A stretch of DNA of 64,000 nucleotides, taken from positions 2,848,001 through 2,912,000 of the forward strand of contig CAWJET010000001.1 of assembly GCA_963842085.1 (NCBI GenBank). The letters run 5' to 3'. Each line of letters begins with the position of its first letter. Positions within the stretch are counted from its first letter, which is position 1. Made by a program: the position numbers and the translations under genes. Below, piece by piece: positions 49,035 through 59,244 of this stretch. This DNA is from an uncultured delta proteobacterium. Its GTDB lineage: Bacteria > Desulfobacterota > Binatia > Binatales > Binataceae. The notes beneath the pieces were generated by a model. That model ran no database searches. It was not told the DNA's origin and saw only the letters and a program-made list of their open reading frames with translations.

Positions 49035-50596
49035 CGACGGCCCCAGCCGCCGCCGCCGGGCGTCTCGATTCGAATGCGCTCGCCGGCTTTGAGATCGATA
49101 TTCGTTTTGCCGGGGAGCCTGCTTCGTCGCGTGCCGCGAACGAGAATGTTTTTGCCCGTCGCGCCCGGTCCTCCACCGGCAAGGCCGTATGGCGCGATCG
49201 TCCGCCGCTCGGTCAGCAGGCTCACGTTTGAATCGACTAGACACTCGAGTTCGCGAACCAGTCCGTCGCCGCCACGCGCACGCCCGCGGCCGCCCGAGCC
49301 GCGCCGGATTCTATATTCGGTGATCCGCATCGGGTAGTAAGCCTCGAGCGCCTCGATCGGCGTGTTGAGCGTGTTGGTCATGTGAGTGTGGATGCCCGAC
49401 GCTCCGGGCCGGCCGCTCGCGGCGCCCGCGCCGCCGGCGATGGTTTCGTAGTAAGAAAAATACCGGTCGCGAAATCGATCGAAGCCGCCCACCGTAAGAT
49501 TCGACATCGAGCCCGAACTCGCCGCTGGGATGCGATTCGGCGCCGCCTTGGCGAGCGTGCGAAAGAGCACATCGACAATCCGTTGCGAGGTCTCGACGTT
49601 TCCGCCCGCGACCGCTGCCGGAGCCAACGCGTTGACGATCGAACCCGGCGGCGCGATGAGCCTGATTGGCCGCATCAGGCCTTCGTTGGCGGGCACTGCC
49701 TCCGCCGCGAGGCATTTCATGACGTAGAAAGTCGCCGACAGCGTGATCGCGAAATTTGCGTTGACTGAGCCGCGCACCTGCGGCGCGGAGCCGGTGAAAT
49801 CGACGAGCGCCAGACCGCCGCCGATTTTGATCGCGGCGCGAATTGGAATCGGACCCGTGCCGAATCCGTCGTCGTCAAGGAAATCCACCGCTCGGTAGGT
49901 GCCGGGCCGAAGGTCGCCGAGCGCCGCGCTCATCAGGCGCTCCGCGTAATCCTTGAGCCCGTCCATCGCAGCCTCGACCGTTTTGCGCCCCGACGTTTTT
50001 ACGATCGCCCGCAACCGCTCCGCCCCGACCGACAGCGCGGCAATCTGCGCGCGCAGGTCGCCCTCACGCTCCTCGCGAACTCGCGTGTTGGCGAGGAACA
50101 GCGTCATCACGTCGCGAGCGATCTCGCCACCCGTGACAATTTTGACCGGCGGCAATCGGAAACCTTCCTGGTAAATCTCGGTCGCCAGCGCCATCGAGCC
50201 CGGCGCGATTCCGCCGATGTCCGCGTGATGCGCGCGGTTGGCGGCGTAGGCGAACGGGCGGCGTTCGACCCCGATGAACACGGGCGCGACCAGCGTCAAG
50301 TCGGGCAGATGGGTGCCGCCGGCGAACGGATCGTTCAGCGCGGCGACGTCGCCGCGTTCGAGATCGAGGTTCGCGATCGCCGCGCGCACCGAGAGCGGCG
50401 TCGAGCCGAGATGCACCGGAATATGAGCCGCCTGCGCAACCAGCTCGCCGCGTGCGTCGAAAATCGCGCACGAAAAATCGTGCCGCTCCTTGATGTTGGG
50501 CGAAAACGCCGTCTGCCCGAGCACCACGCCCATCTCGTCGGCAATCGCCGCAAGGCGATTGTTCATCACGGCCAGCGTGATTGAATCGAGTTTCAT
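49031..50596 (-). CDS. Hydantoinase B / 5-oxoprolinase subunit
   Basis: SPNIKE..DFSCA, HIPVH, GGTHLPD, HHADIGG, TPGGGGWG. Confidence 0.95.
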   Translation of the reverse strand: MKLDSITLAVMNNRLAAIADEMGVVLGQTAFSPNIKERHDFSCAIFDARGELVAQAAHIPVHLGSTPLSVRAAIANLDLERGDVAALNDPFAGGTHLPDLTLVAPVFIGVERRPFAYAANRAHHADIGGIAPGSMALATEIYQEGFRLPPVKIVTGGEIARDVMTLFLANTRVREEREGDLRAQIAALSVGAERLRAIVKTSGRKTVEAAMDGLKDYAERLMSAALGDLRPGTYRAVDFLDDDGFGTGPIPIRAAIKIGGGLALVDFTGSAPQVRGSVNANFAITLSATFYVMKCLAAEAVPANEGLMRPIRLIAPPGSIVNALAPAAVAGGNVETSQRIVDVLFRTLAKAAPNRIPAASSGSMSNLTVGGFDRFRDRYFSYYETIAGGAGAASGRPGASGIHTHMTNTLNTPIEALEAYYPMRITEYRIRRGSGGRGRARGGDGLVRELECLVDSNVSLLTERRTIAPYGLAGGGPGATGKNILVRGTRRSRLPGKTNIDLKAGERIRIETPGGGGWGRR

Positions 50597-52575
50597 CGCG
50601 TTGCCTCCAGCTGGAGATTGCCGAAGTCGTCCACGCGCAACGTGAATTCCGGTGCGACGTACGCGGTGGAACTAAGCTCGACAACGACAATCGGCCCGCG
50701 CACGCGCGCACCCGCGCCAAGCGAGTCTCGATCGTAAATCGGGACCGTACGTTCGCGGCCGCCGACCAGCACTCGTCCGTTCGAGACCGGCGCCGGCTTC
50801 CCGGCCTGGCGTGCGATTCGTTTTGGCGGCGCCGCCAATTCCTCGCCCGTTGCGCGGATGCGAAGGTTGACGACTTCGACGGCGGCGCTCGCGGAGGAAT
50901 GGCCGAAAGTTTTGTGATGGGTCGAATGAAAGTCGGCGATGAATCGCGGTGTCAATGCGATTTCGAGTTCGTACGACTGTCCGCGATAGCGCATGTCGGC
51001 CCACAGTTCGTGACGAATCGCGCGCACTCCTTCAGCGGCGAGTTCGGCGCGCGCGCGGCGCACCAGCCCCGAGGCTCGCGCGAGCAGGCCTCGATAGTTC
51101 GGGTCCGTCTCGCGCACCGTGAGCGAATACTCGCGGCCCAGAGGAGCGCTCGACGCTCCCCACGCACACAGCAGTCCTGGATTTCGCGGCATCACGATTC
51201 GCCGGATACCCAAATCCAGCGCCAGCTCGCACGCGTGCATCGGGCCGGCGCCGCCGAACGCGAGCAGCGCGAAGTCGCGCGGATCGTAGCCGCGCTCGAC
51301 TGTGATCACGCGAATCGCACGCTCCATATTCGCGTTGACGACGCGGATGATGCCGCGCGCCGCCGCCGGCAAATTGGTTCTCATCTCGCGCGCGAGCCGT
51401 GACACCGCGCGCTCCGCACGTTCCGGGTAGAGCTTCATCTGGCCGCCGAGGAAGTTCCCCGCGACCAGTCGGCCCGCGACCAGGTCGGCGTCGGTAACGG
51501 TGCACGACTCGCCGCGTCCGTAGCATGCGGGTCCGGGAGCGGCGCCCGCGCTGTCCGGCCCGACCCGGAGCGAACCGCCGGCGTCAAGCCGCGCGATCGA
51601 GCCGCCGCCGGCGCCGACGGTGTGAATGTCGATCACGGGCGTGCGCACCGCGTAGCCGTCGGGATGGCTCAGCGTGCGGATTCGCGCGTGGCGATCGAAC
51701 AGCGACACGTCGGTCGAGGTCCCGCCCATGTCGAACGTGATGAACCGATCGGTGCCGAATGCACGCGCCAGGCTTGCCGCTCCAATCACGCCGGCCGCTG
51801 GACCGGAGAGAATCGTTCGCACCGGTTCTGCGCGCGCGAGCGCGGTGCCGATCGCGCTGCCATTGGATTGCATGACGCGCAGGCGCGCCCCTTCGAGCCG
51901 GCGCTCCAGGGTTTCCAGATGCGACGACATCCGCGGCGCGACGTACGCATTCACCACCGCGGTCGAGAAGCGCTCGTATTCGCGATACTCGGCGAGAATC
52001 CGATGCGAGACCGAGAGCGGCCGGCCCAGGGGCTTGAGCGCGCGCGCGATCGACTCCTCGCCCTTAGGGTTGGCGTACGAATGAAGCAGGCAGACGGCAA
52101 ATGCGTCGGCGCCGCTGCGTGCCGCGAGCCGCCGGATTCGCGCGAGCTCGCCGCGGCTGAGCGACTTGATGACGCTGCCGTTGAACAGCGTGCGCTCGGC
52201 CACTCCAAAGCGCATCGCGCGGGCGACGAGCGGCTCGGGCCGCGACGGCGCCAGCGCGTACAGGTCGTCGCGGTTCTGGCGGCCGATCTCGATCAGGTCC
52301 TCGAACCCGGCGTTGGTAAACAACGCGACGCGCGCGCCTTTCTTCTCGAGCAGCGCGTTGGTCGCAACGGTGGAGCTGTAGGTGACGGACTCCGGCCCCG
52401 CGTCGTTGCCCGCCAGCATCTCGCGCAGGCCGCGGATGACGGCGTCGGCCGGGTCGGCCGGCGTCGAGAGCACTTTGTGCACGCGGATTTCGCTGCCGAT
52501 GATCGCGACGAGGTCGGTGAACGTGCCGCCCGTGTCGATTCCAACCAGTGTTGGGCCGCCGCGCCGCCGGTTCAC
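50593..52575 (-). CDS. Hydantoinase A / 5-oxoprolinase subunit
   Basis: GIDTGGTFTD, SGPAAG, DMGGTSTD, GAGGGS; GTG overlaps the ADH stop. Confidence 0.93.
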   Translation of the reverse strand: MNRRRGGPTLVGIDTGGTFTDLVAIIGSEIRVHKVLSTPADPADAVIRGLREMLAGNDAGPESVTYSSTVATNALLEKKGARVALFTNAGFEDLIEIGRQNRDDLYALAPSRPEPLVARAMRFGVAERTLFNGSVIKSLSRGELARIRRLAARSGADAFAVCLLHSYANPKGEESIARALKPLGRPLSVSHRILAEYREYERFSTAVVNAYVAPRMSSHLETLERRLEGARLRVMQSNGSAIGTALARAEPVRTILSGPAAGVIGAASLARAFGTDRFITFDMGGTSTDVSLFDRHARIRTLSHPDGYAVRTPVIDIHTVGAGGGSIARLDAGGSLRVGPDSAGAAPGPACYGRGESCTVTDADLVAGRLVAGNFLGGQMKLYPERAERAVSRLAREMRTNLPAAARGIIRVVNANMERAIRVITVERGYDPRDFALLAFGGAGPMHACELALDLGIRRIVMPRNPGLLCAWGASSAPLGREYSLTVRETDPNYRGLLARASGLVRRARAELAAEGVRAIRHELWADMRYRGQSYELEIALTPRFIADFHSTHHKTFGHSSASAAVEVVNLRIRATGEELAAPPKRIARQAGKPAPVSNGRVLVGGRERTVPIYDRDSLGAGARVRGPIVVVELSSTAYVAPEFTLRVDDFGNLQLEATR

Positions 52576-53522
52576 TGCGCTCTCAGCAATATTTTGAAAT
52601 TGAGAGGATTTTTCGCGGCTTCGAAACCGGCGACGCCGTCGTCGAGCGTGAAGGTGCCATCGATCAGCGGGCGCGGATCGATTTTGCCTGCTGCGAGTGC
52701 ATCGAGCACGGGCTGAAAGCGGCCGCATCGCGAGCCGATCACGCTGATTTCATTCACCACGATTGGCGCCAGGTTGATTTCGGCCGCCGCCGCCGCGGTG
52801 CTCTTCAATATGATCTTTCCGCGCGGCCGGACCAGTTCGACTGCGCGCCGAAAGCCCGATCCACTTCCGCTGCATTCGATCACGACGTCGAATTTGTCGC
52901 TCAGCGAGGATTCCTCGGCGGTCTCGAGTCCGAGGCCGGCCAGCCGCGCCAGTTTCTCCCGATGATGGCCCGCGACAATCGGCAGATACTTCTCGCCCTT
53001 AAGCGCCAGCGCGACGAGTGCGCCGAGCCTGCCGTCGCCGAGCACTACTATCGTCCGATTCCGCGCCGGATGGACCTGCTCGAAGATTTCGTAAGCCGCG
53101 GCGAGCGGCTCGACGAATACCGCGACATCGTCGGGAATCGAATCGGGAAGCGGAATCAGGTTGATGTCGGGCAGGCGAAGGAATTCCGCAAAAGCGCCGT
53201 CGCGGCCGAGGATTCCGAGCACTGTGCGATTTGGACAGTGGCGCGCGAGACCGGAATCGCACATCGCGCACCGGCCGCATCCCGCGTTGATCTCGCCAAC
53301 GACGCGTTTGCCGCGCAGCGCGGCGCTTTGCGATTCGACCACGCGGCCAGCGAATTCATGACCCGGCACTCCGCGATATTGCATGTAACCGCGCGCGATC
53401 TCGAGGTCGGTCCCGCACACGCCGGCGACCGAAACGCCGATGATGCTCTCACCCGGCGCAGCGACGGGATCGGGATAGTCGCGGCGAAACTCAAGCTTGC
53501 GATCGAAAACCAACGCGCGCAT
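52572..53522 (-). CDS. Zn-dependent alcohol dehydrogenase (MDR family)
   Basis: GVCGTD, GHEFAG, CGRCAMC..HC structural Zn, GDGRLG. Confidence 0.93.
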   Translation of the reverse strand: MRALVFDRKLEFRRDYPDPVAAPGESIIGVSVAGVCGTDLEIARGYMQYRGVPGHEFAGRVVESQSAALRGKRVVGEINAGCGRCAMCDSGLARHCPNRTVLGILGRDGAFAEFLRLPDINLIPLPDSIPDDVAVFVEPLAAAYEIFEQVHPARNRTIVVLGDGRLGALVALALKGEKYLPIVAGHHREKLARLAGLGLETAEESSLSDKFDVVIECSGSGSGFRRAVELVRPRGKIILKSTAAAAAEINLAPIVVNEISVIGSRCGRFQPVLDALAAGKIDPRPLIDGTFTLDDGVAGFEAAKNPLNFKILLRAQ

Positions 53523-53539
53523 AAGGTGCGACCGATTTT

Positions 53540-53597
53540 AGTGAAACCCACCGGGGGTTTCACGCTTCCCTGGGCAGGGGGTGACCCCTGCACCCAA
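53540..53597 (+). repeat. Dispersed two-hairpin element, copy 2
   Basis: GTGAAACCC-N5-GGGTTTCAC then TGGGCAGGGG..CCCCTGCACCCAA; matches 2198-2264. Confidence 0.75.
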
Positions 53598-53624
53598 TAT
53601 TAGTGGGATGAAGGGAACGGGTCG

Positions 53625-54023
53625 CTAAGGAAGATTAATCGGCGGCTTTGCTGACGCTGATTTTTCGGACGACGATTTGGAGCGCGAGGACGTTTTGGAT
53701 TCAGATGATGACGACTTGGATTCCGTGGCCGGCTTTGATTCGGTTGCGGGCTTCGACGATGAGTCGCTCGACGACGCTGTGGCGCCGTTGGTCGCGGGCG
53801 TTGCCGGCGTCGATGCTGAATCCGACTCGGTGCTGCTCGGGGTGCTCTTTTTGGCGTAGTCGGTCGCGTACCATCCGCTCCCTTTCAGGATGAAGGAGCC
53901 GCGCGAAATCTGGCGCTCAACCTTGCCTTTGCAGGTGGGGCACTTCCTGAGAGGCGCTTCCTTGATGCCCTGCATCGCCTCGAAGACGCCGCACCTGTTG
54001 CACTTGTATTCGTAGATTGGCAT
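53625..54023 (-). CDS. FmdB-family zinc ribbon protein with Ser-rich tail
   Basis: [23 protein letters not shown]. Confidence 0.93.
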   Translation of the reverse strand: MPIYEYKCNRCGVFEAMQGIKEAPLRKCPTCKGKVERQISRGSFILKGSGWYATDYAKKSTPSSTESDSASTPATPATNGATASSSDSSSKPATESKPATESKSSSSESKTSSRSKSSSEKSASAKPPINLP

Positions 54024-54150
54024 CGCAAAACCGAGACTGCTAATCCAAAGACCCGCGCCTCGCTACACTCTAGGTAACCACCAAACGCAAAGCAGTCAAC
54101 CGAAGCCCCGATTTTTCGCCTTCGATTCGCCCTTCACACATTGGCGGTCG

Positions 54151-54444
54151 CTACTTTGGTCTGCTGATTTGCCTTAACCGGGATGCAACCTTGACGGGTT
54201 CGTGGGTTACGATGCGGATCGTCTTGCGGCGCGCGGTTTCGCCGCGAACTATCATCAGCGCCGAGCGCGGTACGCGCATTTCGCCGGCGAGATACTCGAT
54301 CAGTTCTTCATTTGCTTTACCCTTTTGTGGCCCCGAGTGGACGCCGATGACGAGACGTTCTCCAGTCACGCCGATGACGCCGCGGCGCGACGCGCCTGGC
54401 CGGGCGGTGATCTCGATTACCACCTCGTCGATGAACACTCGCAT
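54151..54444 (-). CDS. DUF167 (YggU) family protein
   Basis: ARPGASR, P..GKANEEL, G.T.R.K; cluster context. Confidence 0.85.
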   Translation of the reverse strand: MRVFIDEVVIEITARPGASRRGVIGVTGERLVIGVHSGPQKGKANEELIEYLAGEMRVPRSALMIVRGETARRKTIRIVTHEPVKVASRLRQISRPK

Positions 54445-54482
54445 CCATGGGAGCGAATCAGGCGGCTGATTGCCGGCCGGAC

Positions 54483-54785
54483 TCACGCGTAGGAGGGGAT
54501 CAGCGCGTGCACGGCGCTCGGAATGAGGACGCGCTGGATGAGCTGAATGACGATAATCACGAGGATTGGCGAAAAATCGAGCCCGCCCAAGACCACCGGG
54601 ACGTGCTCGCGGAACCATTCAAAGACCGGTTCAGTGATCGAATAAATGAAGCGGACGATCGGATTGTACGGATTCGGCTCGATCCATGTCATTACTGCCG
54701 AAATGATCACGACATACAAATAGAGCGTCAGCAGACTGTCGAGGGTCTGCGCGATGAAGATGATCAGGTTGGTCCAGGCGTACAC
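54483..54785 (-). CDS. yggT: YggT family membrane protein
   Basis: W..PNPYNPIV, TEP, LDFSP. Confidence 0.92.
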   Translation of the reverse strand: MYAWTNLIIFIAQTLDSLLTLYLYVVIISAVMTWIEPNPYNPIVRFIYSITEPVFEWFREHVPVVLGGLDFSPILVIIVIQLIQRVLIPSAVHALIPSYA

Positions 54786-54800
54786 GCGATAGCGCTCTCG

Positions 54801-55655
54801 CTAGTTGAGTCCGCGGCCAAGTTCGCGTGAGCGATCGCTGGCGGCGTGCAATGCGGCGGCCACCATATCAGAAAAACCATCCTCGGCGAACCGGCGCAGC
54901 GCGGCCTCGGTGGTGCCGCCGGGCGAAGCGACCGCGCGGATCAAATCGGTGACGTCGCGCTTTGACTCGCGCATCAGGTGCTCAGCGCCGCGAATCGTCT
55001 TCAGCGCCATGCGGAGTGCCAGCTCGTGCGGGATGCCCTCGCTCACTGCGGCATCCGCCATCGCCTTGGCGAACAGGTAAACGTAGGCGGGACCGCTGCC
55101 CGAGAGGGCAGTGACCACATCGAGAAGTTTCTCGTCCTTGAGCGCGACGGCGTCGCCGACCGCCCGGAAAATTCTAAGCGCGAACGCCTCGTCGGCGGGC
55201 GAGGCGCCTCGCGCACGCACCATCGCCGCCATGCCATGACCCACCATCGCGGGCGCATTCGGCATCACGCGGATCACGCGCGCGCGCTTGCCAAGGCCGC
55301 GAGTCAGCCGCGCGAGCGTTACGCCGGCGGCGATCGAAATGAACAGCTTGCCTTTGGCTGCAGCTTTTCGGCTCGGGCCGGCGAGTTCGGCCGCGACCTC
55401 CGCCATCACGGCGTCGATCGTCTGCGGCTTGACGGCGAGCAGGACGGCGCCGGCCTCGCGCACGACCTCGGCATTGTCGTCGGTCGTTGCGACTTTGAGT
55501 GTGCGCGCGAGCTTACGCCGGCGCTCCGGCGCGACGTCGGACACGATAATTTGAGCGGGCTTGAAAACCTTGTGCAGGATAAGGCCGTGGGCGAGCGCCT
55601 CGGCCATGTTGCCGCCGCCGATGAATCCGAGTTTTTTCACTTTTTCACTGGTCAC
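54801..55655 (-). CDS. proC: Pyrroline-5-carboxylate reductase
   Basis: FIGGGNM, LAVKPQ, RVMPN, SGSGPAY, SPGGTT. Confidence 0.97.
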   Translation of the reverse strand: MTSEKVKKLGFIGGGNMAEALAHGLILHKVFKPAQIIVSDVAPERRRKLARTLKVATTDDNAEVVREAGAVLLAVKPQTIDAVMAEVAAELAGPSRKAAAKGKLFISIAAGVTLARLTRGLGKRARVIRVMPNAPAMVGHGMAAMVRARGASPADEAFALRIFRAVGDAVALKDEKLLDVVTALSGSGPAYVYLFAKAMADAAVSEGIPHELALRMALKTIRGAEHLMRESKRDVTDLIRAVASPGGTTEAALRRFAEDGFSDMVAAALHAASDRSRELGRGLN

Positions 55656-55658
55656 GGT

Positions 55659-56348
55659 TCACGTGATGCGTTCGCCGAAGACCGCGCGCCCGATCCTCAC
55701 GATCGTCGCGCCTTCCTCGATAGCGACTTCGAAGTCGTCGGTCATACCCATCGAGAGTTCGCTTAGCGCATAGCCGGATTGTGTCGCAAGGCGATCGCGC
55801 ATCTGGCGCAGCCGCGCGAACCAGGGCCGCGCGGCGTCGGCGCTCGGGGCCGGCGGCGGGATCGTCATAAGGCCTTCGATTTCGATTTTTTCACGGGCAG
55901 CATCTAAAATGGGGGGGACATCGTCGGGCGCGGCGCCGCTCTTGCTCGCCTCTCCGCCGAGATTTACTTCAATGAGCGCGTGGACGCGCCGGGCAGGTTT
56001 CGCGCGCGCCAGGGCTCCGGCGAGGCGGATGGAATCGACAGTGTGAATCAGCGCGAATGCGCCGGCGGCAGTCTTGGCCTTGTTGGTTTGCAGGTGACCG
56101 ATCAGATGCCATCGAATTTCGGTCAGGTCCGCCAGCTCGGCGCGCTTCGCAATTGCCTCCTGGACGTAGTTTTCGCCGAAATCGCGCGCGCCAGCCCGGG
56201 CTGCGGCCCGAATCGCGTCACTCGGCTGCGTCTTGCTCGCGAGCACGAGCCGAATTGAGGCGGGATCGCGTCCGGCGCGATGGGCGGCCGCGCCGATCCG
56301 CGCTCGCACGAGCTCCAGCCGTTCTTCGATTTCATATCGAGTCGACAT
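55659..56348 (-). CDS. yggS: PLP homeostasis protein
   Basis: ASKT, FGENYVQE, WHLIGHLQTNK, LSMGMT.D. Confidence 0.96.
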   Translation of the reverse strand: MSTRYEIEERLELVRARIGAAAHRAGRDPASIRLVLASKTQPSDAIRAAARAGARDFGENYVQEAIAKRAELADLTEIRWHLIGHLQTNKAKTAAGAFALIHTVDSIRLAGALARAKPARRVHALIEVNLGGEASKSGAAPDDVPPILDAAREKIEIEGLMTIPPPAPSADAARPWFARLRQMRDRLATQSGYALSELSMGMTDDFEVAIEEGATIVRIGRAVFGERIT

Positions 56349-56353
56349 TTGCG

Positions 56354-56935
56354 CTAAACCCGCTGCACGCCCCAGCGCGCGAGGGCCGCGACCACGCGCT
56401 CTGTTGGGAGGCCCATCACGTTGTCGCGCGAGCCTTCGACGTGCGAGATGAATCCACCGCCGACGCCCTGGATTCCGTAGGCGCCGGCCTTGTCGAACGG
56501 CTCTTCGGTGGCGACGTAGTCGTCGATTTCAGCCGCGGCCAGTTTGCGAAACGTGACGCGGCTCTCGACCGGCGAACTCTCGAGGATCTTTCCGCCGCGC
56601 GCCAATGCAAAGGCGGTCACGACGGTGTGGGTTCGCCCGGAGAGCGTCGCGAGCATCCGGCGCGCGTCGTCAGCGTCGGTGGGCTTTTCGAGAATTTGGT
56701 TCTCGCACACGACGATAGTGTCGGCGGCGAGCACAATCGCGTCTGGGAACCGCGACGAAACCGTGGCGGCCTTGTCGCGCGCCATCCTGAGGGCGTAGTC
56801 GCGCGGCGGCTCGCCCGCGATGTGCTGCTCGTGAACCAGGCTTTCGATCGCCTCGAACTCAATTCCTTTTGCACCCAACAGTTGATGGCGGCGCGGCGAC
56901 GCCGAGGCAAGAATCACTTTGATTGGATCGCTCAT
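56354..56935 (-). CDS. maf: Maf nucleotide pyrophosphatase
   Basis: ILASASPRR, ADTIV, EKP, DKAGAYGIQ, NVMGLP. Confidence 0.96.
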   Translation of the reverse strand: MSDPIKVILASASPRRHQLLGAKGIEFEAIESLVHEQHIAGEPPRDYALRMARDKAATVSSRFPDAIVLAADTIVVCENQILEKPTDADDARRMLATLSGRTHTVVTAFALARGGKILESSPVESRVTFRKLAAAEIDDYVATEEPFDKAGAYGIQGVGGGFISHVEGSRDNVMGLPTERVVAALARWGVQRV

Positions 56936-57035
56936 CGCGTTCCCGACTGTTGCCAGACGCCGGACGGTCCCGCAAGTCTCGCCAGAGACGGCCCCCCAAT
57001 TGAAGCCGCGTCGAGCATGCGCTAACCAAGATCAG

Positions 57036-59177
57036 ATGACAGCGAGATGGTGGCGCGAGGGCGCGCTGATGATTGTATGCGCGACGCTGCTCGCGGGGTG
57101 CGCGTCGGCGTCCGCGCGGGCGGATTCAGCGGCCGCGTCGGCACAAGCTGAACAGCCGGCGCAAACCCCTGCGCCGCTGCCGGCCGCTCCCACAGCCGCT
57201 CCCATAGCGCCGTCCTCCGACGCGCAGACGGCGTTCGTCGACGGCTACCGCGCGTATCAGAACCACGACAACGCGCGCGCGATCGAGCGTCTCAAGTTCG
57301 CTGCGGACAATTTCCCGGCGCTCGGCGATTACGCGCTCTACTACCTGGCACTCGCGCAGCACGACCAGGGCGATCTCACCGCCTCGGCAGACACGCTCGA
57401 GCGCCTGGTCCGGTCGTATCCGGATAGCGTGATGATCGATCAAGGCGAGGCGAAGCTCGCGGACAATCTGCTGAAGCTTGGCCGCAACGCCGAGGCCTCC
57501 GAGGTCGCGTCGCGCCTGATCGCGCGGGGGCCGGCAGCGTCGATAGAGCAGGGCGCACGCATAACAGAGGCCCGGGCGCTCATCGCGCTCGGCAATCCAA
57601 AGGCAGCGTATGCACAGTTGATGGAGCTGCGGGACAAGTATCCGCGCTCCGATCCGGATGCAGAAGCGCGCGCGCTGGTTCGTTCGATTCTCGCGTCGAA
57701 TCCCGAGGTGGCCGACACCAGTTCGCTCGCGTACCATCGCGACGAATCCGAGTTGCTGCTGCGCGAGGGCGATTTGTCGGGGGCCAACGAGCAGGCCAGC
57801 GCGGGACTCGCGCTGGAGCCCGAGCCATCGGTTCGCGCGGAACTGGTTTGGGTTACGGCGCGAGCGCTCAAGCCGGAACCCGAGCGCGCCAGGCGCGCCC
57901 TCCTCGAGTATCTGCGAATCGCGCCGCGCGGGCCGGACGCGGCGGCGGCGCTTGAGGCGCTGGCGCTGATCTACTGGCACGACGATCAATATGATCTCGC
58001 CCGCGCGACGTTGAACAGGCTGGTCGCGAATTTTCCCGCCAGCGAGCTTGCGCCAGGCGCGATGCTTCGCGTCGGTAGAATCTTCGAAGAACAGCGTCAG
58101 CTCGATTCCGCTCGCGCGCAATATCGACGCCTGGCCGCGCGCTATCCCGCCAGCGACGCCGCCGAGGATGCGCGCTTTCGGATCCCGTGGACGCTGTATA
58201 CGGCGCGCGATTACCGCGTTGCGGCGGCAGGATTTCAGAGCGCAGGCGCGCGCGCGAAGGATGCAACCAATCGTGATATGTGCGAGTACTGGCGTGCGCG
58301 CGCGTTGGAAAACGCGGGCGATTCGAACGATGCTCGCGCGATTTTCGAAAAGCTCGCGGAGAGCACCGACACCAACTACTATCCCGAGCTGGCCAGCCGC
58401 CGCGTCGCGGCCGCCCGACCGGATCTTCCCGCCGCGTCGGCGCCGGATCCGGAATACGGCGCGGCGCCCGCGGTCGCAGGAGTCGCCGAGTATCACATGG
58501 CGCGGCTGCAAACGATCCGCGCGCTCGGCCTCAAGGAGCTCGAGCCGGGAGAGTTGAAGGCGCTGGAGGAATACGCCGGCGGCACAATCGAGATGCGGCG
58601 GTTCGTGCTGGCCGGATTCGCCAGCGCCGGCGCGTGGTACGACGCGATCGTGGCCGCGACGCACATGGAGAAAAATGGCCAGATGAGCGCTGCGGTGGCC
58701 GAGCGAGTGCGCTATCCGCGCGCGTACTGGGATCTTTTTCAGCCGGCGTCCACCCGGCTCGCGCTCGACCCTTACCTGGTGCTCGCGTTGGCTCGGCAGG
58801 AGAGCCTGTTCAACCCGAATGCCACGTCGAGTTCCAACGCGCGCGGCCTGATGCAGTTGATTCCGTCGACGGCGAAGAAGATGGCGTCCGAGCATGGAAT
58901 CGATCCCGAGGCGGTTCGTCTTTACGATCCGTCGGTTAACGTCGAGCTGGGGACGGCGTATTTGAAAAATTTGATGGAGATGTTCAACGGCGACGCGTTC
59001 AGGGCGGTCGCGGCGTACAACGCGGGCGAGAACGCGGTGTCGAAGTGGGTGGCGGAATTTTCCGGCCCGGATGACGAGTGGGTCGAGAATATCGAGTACA
59101 AAGAAACGCGCGACTACGTGAAGAAAGTGATCGGAGGGCGGCGCGAGTATCTGCTGCTGTATCAGCCGAATTCCTAG
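57036..59177 (+). CDS. Soluble lytic transglycosylase with TPR repeats (lipoprotein)
   Basis: LLAGC lipobox; RQES, ARGLMQL, AAYNAG, ETRDYV. Confidence 0.93.
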   Translation: MTARWWREGALMIVCATLLAGCASASARADSAAASAQAEQPAQTPAPLPAAPTAAPIAPSSDAQTAFVDGYRAYQNHDNARAIERLKFAADNFPALGDYALYYLALAQHDQGDLTASADTLERLVRSYPDSVMIDQGEAKLADNLLKLGRNAEASEVASRLIARGPAASIEQGARITEARALIALGNPKAAYAQLMELRDKYPRSDPDAEARALVRSILASNPEVADTSSLAYHRDESELLLREGDLSGANEQASAGLALEPEPSVRAELVWVTARALKPEPERARRALLEYLRIAPRGPDAAAALEALALIYWHDDQYDLARATLNRLVANFPASELAPGAMLRVGRIFEEQRQLDSARAQYRRLAARYPASDAAEDARFRIPWTLYTARDYRVAAAGFQSAGARAKDATNRDMCEYWRARALENAGDSNDARAIFEKLAESTDTNYYPELASRRVAAARPDLPAASAPDPEYGAAPAVAGVAEYHMARLQTIRALGLKELEPGELKALEEYAGGTIEMRRFVLAGFASAGAWYDAIVAATHMEKNGQMSAAVAERVRYPRAYWDLFQPASTRLALDPYLVLALARQESLFNPNATSSSNARGLMQLIPSTAKKMASEHGIDPEAVRLYDPSVNVELGTAYLKNLMEMFNGDAFRAVAAYNAGENAVSKWVAEFSGPDDEWVENIEYKETRDYVKKVIGGRREYLLLYQPNS

Positions 59178-59244
59178 CAGCCGCGCTTGACAGCCCGTTC
59201 GGCATCTCTACACACTCCGGTTGGGAAGCACGAGGAATTTTTCG

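Noticed and set aside
53625-56935. maf-yggS-proC-yggT-yggU-fmdB cluster as a novel system
   Set aside because: Widely conserved housekeeping neighbourhood
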